From a candidate division WOR-3 bacterium (lineage in GTDB: Bacteria > Hydrothermota > 32-111): a stretch of DNA of 64,000 bases. A model generated the notes under the pieces. The model made no database searches and was not told the DNA's origin. It saw only the letters and a program-made list of their open reading frames with translations. The stretch spans positions 192,001-256,000 of the forward strand of contig JBBFKX010000003.1 of NCBI GenBank assembly GCA_037481815.1. Direction: 5' to 3'. Positions within the stretch are counted from its first letter, which is position 1; every line of letters starts with the position of its first letter. Made by a program: the position numbers and the translations under genes. This document shows positions 39,663-47,336 of this stretch, piece after piece.

Positions 39663-40489
39663 AGATAAGACAACCGAAATTTGCTGGTTATTTTTATCCT
39701 TCATCTGCAAATCAAATAGAAAAACTTTTTAAAAAGTTTGATGAGAATATAGAGCAAAAAGTCAAAGGTGATATTTTCACTGGAATAGTTCCCCACGCAG
39801 GGATCATCTATTCAGGATTCACTGCCTACCATTTCTATAAACTTTTAAAGGATAAAGATATAGAAAGAATAGTTGTTATCGGTCCATCCCATCACCATCT
39901 TTTTGATGGATTTGTTATGCCTGAATCAGAGGTGTGGGAAACACCTTTTGGGAACATAACAATCGACAGAGATTTTTTGAATAGATTGAAATCAAAAAAT
40001 TTTGTATTCAACGAAAATATTCATAACGATGAACACTCGGTTGAAGTCCAATCGATCTTTTTAAAATATATTTTTTCAAAAGATTTTCTTTTTGTACCAT
40101 TGATAATGGCCAAACAAACAGTTGAAAATGCTCTCGATTTTGTTGAAAAGATTTCGGGATTCAACCTATCAAAAACATGTTTCATCGCATCATCAGATCT
40201 CTATCACGGAAACGATTATGATGAAGCAATCGAGACCGACAAAAAAACAATTTCAAAAATTTCTTCAAATGACTATAAACTTTTTTACGATTATATAGTC
40301 GAAGAGGAAATATCTGGCAACTCCCCTGCATGTGGTTTTGGTCCGATAACTTTGATTTTGCTTTTAAATAAACGATACAATATAAAAAACTTCGTACACC
40401 TTCATCATATAACGAGTGCTGATATTACAAACGATTACTCGGGTTATACTGTTGGATACACTTCTTATGCTGGAGTAAAAAATGGATAA
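39659..40489 (+). CDS. amrB: AmmeMemoRadiSam system protein B (MEMO1 family)
   Basis: IRQP.FAGYFYP, VPHAG.IYSG, GPSH, EHSVEVQ, ASSDLYH, ACG, VGY. Confidence 0.92.
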   Translation: MKIRQPKFAGYFYPSSANQIEKLFKKFDENIEQKVKGDIFTGIVPHAGIIYSGFTAYHFYKLLKDKDIERIVVIGPSHHHLFDGFVMPESEVWETPFGNITIDRDFLNRLKSKNFVFNENIHNDEHSVEVQSIFLKYIFSKDFLFVPLIMAKQTVENALDFVEKISGFNLSKTCFIASSDLYHGNDYDEAIETDKKTISKISSNDYKLFYDYIVEEEISGNSPACGFGPITLILLLNKRYNIKNFVHLHHITSADITNDYSGYTVGYTSYAGVKNG

Positions 40490-41033
40490 CAACGATAAAA
40501 TCTATCTTTTAAAACTCGCAAGAAAAACGATCCTTAAAGAGTTGAAGGGTGAAAATTTAATATTGGCTGAACCGGAAAGTGAGGAATTGAAAAGGAAATC
40601 AGGATGTTTTGTTACATTAAAAATAGATGGTGATCTGAGAGGTTGTATCGGTTATATTCAACCTGTTATGGAACTTTATAAAGCAGTTTCCCAGATGGCT
40701 ATAGAGGCAGCATTCAACGATCCGAGGTTTTATCCGTTGACTCTTGATGAATTTGAAAGAGTAAAGATTGAAATATCAGTTTTAACTCCACTTCAAAAGG
40801 TTGAAGATCTGCAAGAGATAACTGTTGGAAAAGATGGGTTACTTGTTAAAAAAGGATTTCGAAGTGGTTTACTGCTTCCTCAGGTTGCAACTGAATGGGG
40901 CTACGATCGAGAACAATTTTTAAAACAAACATGTTTGAAGGCGGGTCTCTATCCCGATTGTTATAAAGAAAAAGACACACAGATCTATAAGTTTCAAGCC
41001 GAAATATTTTCTGAAGAGGAATTAAATCTATGA
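40482..41033 (+). CDS. amrA: AmmeMemoRadiSam system protein A (AMMECR1 family)
   Basis: GCFVTL, LRGCIG, AAFNDPRF, EISVL, GLLLPQVA, CLKAG. Confidence 0.94.
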   Translation: MDNNDKIYLLKLARKTILKELKGENLILAEPESEELKRKSGCFVTLKIDGDLRGCIGYIQPVMELYKAVSQMAIEAAFNDPRFYPLTLDEFERVKIEISVLTPLQKVEDLQEITVGKDGLLVKKGFRSGLLLPQVATEWGYDREQFLKQTCLKAGLYPDCYKEKDTQIYKFQAEIFSEEELNL

Positions 41034-42316
41034 AAAGGAATCTTTTTTTACTTGGAAATGGGGGAAGGGAGTCAGCGCTGTGTTATAAATTGAACAGTGA
41101 TAGAGCCCTCGTTTACTCATACGATCCAAATCCAACCATATCAAGTTATTCTTTGAAATCTCCCGAATTTTCAAAAACAAACTTTTATGAAGATCTTGCA
41201 AAATTTGTGAAAGAAAAAGATATACAGATGGTTGTTATAGGACCAGAAAAATTTCTGGATGATGGAGCGGTTGATATTTTAGAATCAAAAGGAATAAAGG
41301 TCTTTGGACCATCAAAGGAGAGTGCGAAGATCGAAACCGATAAGTCGTTTGCCAAAGATCTGATGAAAAAATATAACATTCCAACAGCAAGGTATGAGAT
41401 CTCAAACTCATTTGAAGAAACAAAAGATTTAAAAAGAAAATTTTCTTTTCCATTTGTTATAAAAGTTTCAGGACTCGCCGCTGGAAAAGGTGCTTTGATA
41501 ATAAGAAATGATAACGATTTTAATAAAGCGATTGAAGACATTTACCAAAAAAATGTTTTCAAAGATGCTGCAAGGAGATTAGTTTTTGAAGAGTTTTTAT
41601 CCGGGGATGAATGTTCACTTTTCATTTTAACCGATGGAAAAAATTTTTTACTTCTTCCACCTGCTCAGGACCATAAAAAGGCATTTGATAACGATAATGG
41701 ACCAAATACCGGAGGCATGGGTTCCTATGCTCCATGTAAACTTCTTGATCAAAAACTCATCGAAAAAAGTGTTGAAAAAATTGTTGAACCCACCATTTAT
41801 GCTTTAAGAAAAGAGGGAAAACCTTTTAAAGGACTTTTGTATGCTGGTCTTATGGTGAGCGGGAGAGATGTCTTTGTTGTTGAATTCAATGCAAGATTCG
41901 GTGATCCCGAAACACAATCGATAGTTCCTTTATTGGATTCTTCCCTTTACGATATAATGTTTGAGATTGCATCAGGTGAATTGAATACAAAAACTATAAA
42001 ATTAAAAGATCTTTATGCTACAACAATCGTTATAGCAGCAAAAGGTTATCCTGATGATTATAAAAAGGGGATCAGATTTTCGATTGATGAAAAAATTTTT
42101 GATAACAATACAATACTCTTCCATGCTTCATCAAAAGAAATCGAAAACAACATCTATGAAAATACGGGAGGAAGGATTTTAAATTTAACTTCGTTTGACA
42201 CCACCCTTGAAAAATCAATTGAAAGAGTTTACTCTAATATTAAGAAAATAAATATCGATGACACTTTTTATAGGTCCGATATTGGAAAAAAGGGTATCGT
42301 ATATGAAAAAAATTAG
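41030..42316 (+). CDS. purD: Phosphoribosylamine--glycine ligase
   Basis: GNGGRE, VIGPE, GLAAGKG, QDHKK, GPNTGGMG, EFNARFGDPETQ, YRSDIG. Confidence 0.97.
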   Translation: MKRNLFLLGNGGRESALCYKLNSDRALVYSYDPNPTISSYSLKSPEFSKTNFYEDLAKFVKEKDIQMVVIGPEKFLDDGAVDILESKGIKVFGPSKESAKIETDKSFAKDLMKKYNIPTARYEISNSFEETKDLKRKFSFPFVIKVSGLAAGKGALIIRNDNDFNKAIEDIYQKNVFKDAARRLVFEEFLSGDECSLFILTDGKNFLLLPPAQDHKKAFDNDNGPNTGGMGSYAPCKLLDQKLIEKSVEKIVEPTIYALRKEGKPFKGLLYAGLMVSGRDVFVVEFNARFGDPETQSIVPLLDSSLYDIMFEIASGELNTKTIKLKDLYATTIVIAAKGYPDDYKKGIRFSIDEKIFDNNTILFHASSKEIENNIYENTGGRILNLTSFDTTLEKSIERVYSNIKKINIDDTFYRSDIGKKGIVYEKN

Positions 42317-43199
42317 TTTATTGTTGTGCGTCCCGTTTTTATTTTTGAGTATCTTCTCTTTTAATATATATGTCATCCAATCTGAAGACAATGAGATTTA
42401 CTCGCCAATGCTCTATACTTTTAAAGAAAGGGCTGAATATGATCTTGTATATTTCAATTTGAACAACGAACAAAAAAATGTTGATTTCATAGTCGAAAAG
42501 ATAAAAAATGATAAACCATCTACTGTACTTCTTGTTGGTTATTTTGCAGTAAAGGAGATCGGAGAAAAGATAGATTCTACACCTCTGATCCTCTCTATGG
42601 TAACAAGTATTCCCAATAATATAAAAAGTAAAAAAAATGTTTGTGGTGTTATTTTTGATCTTAACGAGAAGACAATATTTTCATGGTTGAAAAAGAATAT
42701 GCCTCTTTATGATTCTTTAGGTCTAATTTTCTCGGTTGATAACTCATTAGATTATGCTAAAAAGTTTAAGACCATAGCAGAAGAGGAAGGAATATTTGTA
42801 GAACTTGGAAACATCTCGAGTTTAGATGATCTTCCTTTAACCTTTAAACTTTTAAAAACTGTAGGGATAAAGGCATTATGGCTTGGAAAGGACAAACTCG
42901 TAACATCAAAAGAGGGTTTTGAATACCTTTTAAAAATCGCAAGAAGTGAAAATATTCCAATAATCGCTCCATATTCAACCTTTGTAAAAAATGGTGCAAA
43001 CTTTGCGATTTCACCAGATCCATCATATCATGGTTATCTCTGTGGAAACGTTGCTATAAGATTATATAATGGAGAAAAACCCGAAGAGATCGGTTTCTCA
43101 AAAACAGATTCTGTTCAATTTTTTTACAACAAAAATTCTTTGAAAAATCTAAAAATCGGAATATCCAAAAATCTTGTTGATAACGGAAAAAGTTATTGA
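42303..43199 (+). CDS. ABC-type substrate-binding protein (ABC_sub_bind-like)
   Basis: Signal peptide from ATG 42303; periplasmic binding protein type 1 pattern (IPII...FVKNGA, G...G..A.R...GEKP). Confidence 0.7.
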   Translation: MKKISLLLCVPFLFLSIFSFNIYVIQSEDNEIYSPMLYTFKERAEYDLVYFNLNNEQKNVDFIVEKIKNDKPSTVLLVGYFAVKEIGEKIDSTPLILSMVTSIPNNIKSKKNVCGVIFDLNEKTIFSWLKKNMPLYDSLGLIFSVDNSLDYAKKFKTIAEEEGIFVELGNISSLDDLPLTFKLLKTVGIKALWLGKDKLVTSKEGFEYLLKIARSENIPIIAPYSTFVKNGANFAISPDPSYHGYLCGNVAIRLYNGEKPEEIGFSKTDSVQFFYNKNSLKNLKIGISKNLVDNGKSY

Positions 43200-44083
43200 T
43201 CCTTCCTTTTAAAACAATCGTTGTAAACATCTATCAACCTTTCAACTGATGTATGAGTATATATCTGTGTAGTTCCTATTGAAGAATGACCAAGAAGTTC
43301 CTGAACGAATCTAATATCAGCTCCACTATTTAAAAGATGTGTGGCAAAAGAATGTCTTAAAGTGTGTGGGGAAATGTTGGATATTTCAGCAAAATCTTTT
43401 ATCCTTTTTTTCACAATTTTCCTGACTATACTGTTATCAAGTTTTTTACCATTTCTTGAAATCAAAAGTGCTTTACAATCCTGTTTTCTGATTTTATCCC
43501 TTAAAGGTATATATTTAAGGATCAACTCTTTTATTTTGTTGTTAAACGGAACTATTCTTTCTTTATCCCCTTTTCCCTTCTCTATCCTTATTATCCTGTT
43601 TTCAATATCGATATCCTTGTCTTCAATGTTTATAAGTTCATTCGATCTTGTTCCACATCCGTAAAGTATTTCAAAAATCAGATGATCTCTTAACTCTAAA
43701 AAATCGTCATCCTTAAACGAATCCAAAAACCTTGAAACAACAGCGACTGAAAGTGTCTGTGGTAATTTTTTTTCAAACTTTAAACCTCTATAGAAAGACA
43801 TTGGATCATTATCTATTACCTTTTTATGTTTCAAAAATTTAAAAAATGTTTTAAGTGTTGATATTTTTCTTGTGATCGATCGTTTTGAAAGTTTCGATTC
43901 GATTAAAAATGTTGTAAAATTTCTTATATCGTTTCTTTTTACTGATTTAAAATCACCTATTCTATTTTCCTCTAAAAAATAAACGAATTGATCAAGATCA
44001 TCTTCATAAGATTTTACAGTGTTTTCAGAATATCCTCTGTTGTTTTTCAGATATTCAAGAAATTCAAAAATTTCCTCTTTCAT
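43193..44083 (-). CDS. xerC: Tyrosine recombinase XerC/XerD
   Basis: RGYSENT.SY..DL; catalytic set GTRS(R), GKGDKER(K), PHTLRHSFATHLL, LLGH and TTQIYT. Confidence 0.88.
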   Translation of the reverse strand: MKEEIFEFLEYLKNNRGYSENTVKSYEDDLDQFVYFLEENRIGDFKSVKRNDIRNFTTFLIESKLSKRSITRKISTLKTFFKFLKHKKVIDNDPMSFYRGLKFEKKLPQTLSVAVVSRFLDSFKDDDFLELRDHLIFEILYGCGTRSNELINIEDKDIDIENRIIRIEKGKGDKERIVPFNNKIKELILKYIPLRDKIRKQDCKALLISRNGKKLDNSIVRKIVKKRIKDFAEISNISPHTLRHSFATHLLNSGADIRFVQELLGHSSIGTTQIYTHTSVERLIDVYNDCFKRKDQ

Positions 44084-46245
44084 TTTAAAATCAAAACCGA
44101 GTATCTTTTTTTGTCTTTTCCTTCAAGAAGCAAAAAGTATCTTCCAGTTTTCAAAAATTTTAGATCTATCTTTTTTTCTTTTTCAAAAGAAAATTTTTCA
44201 AGATAAATCTTTTTCCCACTCAGGTCGTATATTTTTAAGATCAGATCTTTTCTTTTGGTTAGCAGAGATTTTAAAATCAGTTGTTTTTCTTTAAAATCAA
44301 ACTCGACATTGTAATCATTAACTTTTAAACTATCCTGAAAAATCGGAGGTAAAGACAGAGGGAAATAATACTCAATATAATCTGAAGAAACCGTAAAACC
44401 AAAATTTTCTTTATAAGGAATAACTTCAAAAAAATTCCTGTTCGTCTGAACTACAGATGGAATTTCTATCAACATTGATGTATCAATAACTGAATCTTTA
44501 AAAATTGAATCATTTTTAAAAGATGTAAGATAACCGATATCGTCAACCCATACACCACTGTTTAAAGTGAATGGATCAAAGAGTGTTCTGATTCTCACAA
44601 ATATATAGTTTGAATCATCCTTAAAAGGAATCTTCAAAAGATTCCAGTTCAGATCAGTTCCAGTAAACTTATAAAAATTTGTATCGATCGGTTCATACTC
44701 AAAACCATCCGTTGAATATTCAACAAGCATTACATCATAGTCCTTTTCGAGGTCATACTTTAACATCATATAAAATGTATCATTTGTGAAATATTCTCTT
44801 TTATATTTGCTTTCGATTATCGAAAACGAACTGTTAATATTTTTTGGATGGAAAGAGTATTTTGGTGAATGGTAAACCGACGAATCTAAACTTATGTTTA
44901 TCAGATTATAAAGATCAAGTTCGTTTACACTATCAATTAAATTTTCCATTTGCGAATATATTTTTACTCTATAAAAATCTGAAAATTCATCATTTTGAAG
45001 AGTCCAGAAAAGTGAATCCGAAACGATTTCGACTTCAGGTTTCAAAGGTATCTCTTCGGTTTTCCCATCAACACTGTCAGTTAAAATTAGCCCTTGCAAG
45101 AATCCAGGGAAAATATTCCTGCATAAAGTATCAAGAGTTGATGCTGGTGGTTGAAAAGTGTTATCCATTTCAACAGTAAAAGGAACAGTTGTTTTCCCTT
45201 TAACAAATTTTGAAAATCCATATATCCAGTCATCAGTATCACCTGTTGTTGCATATAAAGCAACAGATCTTAAAGTATCATAAGGTTCTCCACTATTTTT
45301 TTTCATTCTGGATGCTATCCTGTGAGCAAAATCTTTTATTATACCTTCATCAAGAGTAAGGTTGTAAACGGAAGCCCATGGGTAAAGAACATCTTCTCCA
45401 TAGGAGTGGAGTGATAAAGAAATTTTCACATTATAGTTTTTTACAATATCCTCAACACATCTGACCTCGATCTCACTTGATGGATAAGGGCCACAGTATG
45501 TATAAAGATCTGAAGGGTTATGTGTTATTCCAGATGGATAACCCCAATCACTCTGAACTATCCTGTTACATCCACCTCCATAATTTCTATTTAGATCAAC
45601 TCCATAATATCCGTTTCTATAGGTTCTATTCTTTCTCCAGTAGTTATCACCTGAAGGATCATCATGTGAATAATAGTACCCATCAGGATTAACTATTGGA
45701 AAAACTATTATAAAATTTCTATTTACAAGATCAGTTATTAAACTATCTTTACCATAAGAAGCAAGCAAAGATTCTGCAAAAAATATTGCTGTTACTGTTG
45801 TTTGCCATTCTCTTGCGTGGTGTAAAGCCATTAAAAGAAAAGTATTCTGCCCATAATAATTTGAAGGATCTTGTCCGTTTATTTTTAAAATCAAAAGAGG
45901 ATTCTTGTTGAAAGTGAAACCAAGTGTTTCAAGTTTTACGATGTTAGGATATTTTAAAACCAGAGAATCGATATACGAATAATATTCTGACAGACTTTTA
46001 TAGTCGAGTTTATAACTTTTGGGTTCATAAATTTTATATTTCAAATTCAAATTTCTGACAGTAACAAAATCATCATCTGTAAGGTTAAGAAGGTAATTTT
46101 TATCCTTTTCAAATCCGATTATATCTAACGATTTTAAATTTTTTTTCAGAAGATCAAAATCGTTTTTATCAACAAGAATTCTTATTTCGGAAAAAGATTT
46201 TATAAAGATAACAAGAAAAATAAAAATCAAAATTTTTGTTTTCAT
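44080..46245 (-). CDS. M14 zinc carboxypeptidase with a T9SS-type C-terminal sorting domain
   Basis: Signal peptide from ATG 46245; HHARE, NPDG, WRKNR, DLNRN, SLHSY, TVEM; C-terminus KIYDLSGK...LKTGRYFL...SVLILK. Confidence 0.9.
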   Translation of the reverse strand: MKTKILIFIFLVIFIKSFSEIRILVDKNDFDLLKKNLKSLDIIGFEKDKNYLLNLTDDDFVTVRNLNLKYKIYEPKSYKLDYKSLSEYYSYIDSLVLKYPNIVKLETLGFTFNKNPLLILKINGQDPSNYYGQNTFLLMALHHAREWQTTVTAIFFAESLLASYGKDSLITDLVNRNFIIVFPIVNPDGYYYSHDDPSGDNYWRKNRTYRNGYYGVDLNRNYGGGCNRIVQSDWGYPSGITHNPSDLYTYCGPYPSSEIEVRCVEDIVKNYNVKISLSLHSYGEDVLYPWASVYNLTLDEGIIKDFAHRIASRMKKNSGEPYDTLRSVALYATTGDTDDWIYGFSKFVKGKTTVPFTVEMDNTFQPPASTLDTLCRNIFPGFLQGLILTDSVDGKTEEIPLKPEVEIVSDSLFWTLQNDEFSDFYRVKIYSQMENLIDSVNELDLYNLINISLDSSVYHSPKYSFHPKNINSSFSIIESKYKREYFTNDTFYMMLKYDLEKDYDVMLVEYSTDGFEYEPIDTNFYKFTGTDLNWNLLKIPFKDDSNYIFVRIRTLFDPFTLNSGVWVDDIGYLTSFKNDSIFKDSVIDTSMLIEIPSVVQTNRNFFEVIPYKENFGFTVSSDYIEYYFPLSLPPIFQDSLKVNDYNVEFDFKEKQLILKSLLTKRKDLILKIYDLSGKKIYLEKFSFEKEKKIDLKFLKTGRYFLLLEGKDKKRYSVLILK

Positions 46246-46251
46246 AATTTT

Positions 46252-46279
46252 ATAATAAACCTGCCTTAACAAAAATCAA
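46252..46279 (-). promoter_or_regulatory. sigma70-like promoter TTGATT-16-TATTAT, 6 nt before ATG 46245
   Basis: aatcaa at 46274-46279, ataata at 46252-46257. Confidence 0.5.
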
Positions 46280-46290
46280 GTGTTCTGCTA

Positions 46291-46319
46291 TTGATAAACT
46301 TTGTTCAAACAAATATAAT
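46291..46319 (+). promoter_or_regulatory. sigma70-like promoter TTGATA-17-TATAAT, 6 nt before ATG 46326
   Basis: Hexamers at 46291-46296 and 46314-46319. Confidence 0.65.
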
Positions 46320-46325
46320 CAAAAT

Positions 46326-47336
46326 ATGCTGAGTAAAAATATACGGATAAAATATTATATAAAAACTTTATCTTCTATCGTTAAAAGAAGACCTTTTATT
46401 CTTTATCATAAACCTACACTATCATGTAATTGCAAATGTGAATTCTGTGATTTCTGGAAAAATTCTGATCCGAATGAAATCGTTATCACTAAAGAGAAAA
46501 TCAAAGAAATTTTAAAAGATGGCTGGAATATGGGGTTTTCGACCTATGTTTTATGGGGAGGAGAACCATTGATGGTTAAAGATCTTGGGTTTTTCCTTAA
46601 AACAGCAAAAGATATCGGATACAAAACAAGCATGTGTACATCTGGTTACCTTTTAAAAGAAAGGTATGATGATATTAAAGACAACATCGATATAATAATA
46701 ATTTCGTTAGAATCAACTGGTGAAAAACACGACCGAACAAGAAGAACCCCTAAACTTTTTGAGAAAATAGTTGAAGGCATTGAACTTTTCAAAAATCAAA
46801 AAAATGTTCGATTGAAGATCTGGTCACATATAAACAGAATCAATAAAGATGATGCTTTGGATGTATTAAAGTTTGCAAAAAAATATGGAATCATTGTAGA
46901 ATTTTTTCCATCAAATATCTTTTCAGATTACAATGAAAATATAATACTCGATAAAAAAGAAAGGTATGATGTTTTTAATAGAATAATCTATTATAAGAAA
47001 ATAGGATATCCGGTTAACAATTCGATAAAAGCATTAAAAATTATGAGAGATAACCTTCCATATATTTGCAACAAAGCAAAAATTTCAGTTCAGATAGAAA
47101 ACGATGGAACGATAAATCCATGTGAACCTCGCTTTGTTGAAGATATGAAAAGTTATGGAAACATTTTTTCCGATGGATTTACAAAATTAAAAGATAAAAA
47201 TATTTACGAATGCAACATAAAACAACTTTCAAAATGTGATGGGTGCTTTTTCCCATGTGTCGGAGAGAGTGTTGATAACATTTTTACAAGTGGATTTATA
47301 AGGTTTTTGAATTTTATTTCAAATAAAGACAGTTAG
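46326..47336 (+). CDS. Radical SAM protein with SPASM/Twitch-like C-terminus
   Basis: CNCKCEFC (CxxxCxxC), GGEPL, C...I.NDG.I.PC and CDGCFFPC. Confidence 0.9.
   Translation: MLSKNIRIKYYIKTLSSIVKRRPFILYHKPTLSCNCKCEFCDFWKNSDPNEIVITKEKIKEILKDGWNMGFSTYVLWGGEPLMVKDLGFFLKTAKDIGYKTSMCTSGYLLKERYDDIKDNIDIIIISLESTGEKHDRTRRTPKLFEKIVEGIELFKNQKNVRLKIWSHINRINKDDALDVLKFAKKYGIIVEFFPSNIFSDYNENIILDKKERYDVFNRIIYYKKIGYPVNNSIKALKIMRDNLPYICNKAKISVQIENDGTINPCEPRFVEDMKSYGNIFSDGFTKLKDKNIYECNIKQLSKCDGCFFPCVGESVDNIFTSGFIRFLNFISNKDS

Noticed and set aside
43193..44083. Tyrosine recombinase as an integrase of a mobile element
   Set aside because: Its size and motifs match chromosomal XerC/D, and there is no adjacent tRNA, att repeats or phage/plasmid cargo.
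46326..47336. Radical SAM gene as AmrS or a RiPP maturase
   Set aside because: It lacks the AmrS N-terminal motifs, is 5 kb from amrAB, and has no room for a neighbouring precursor peptide or RRE/PqqD gene.
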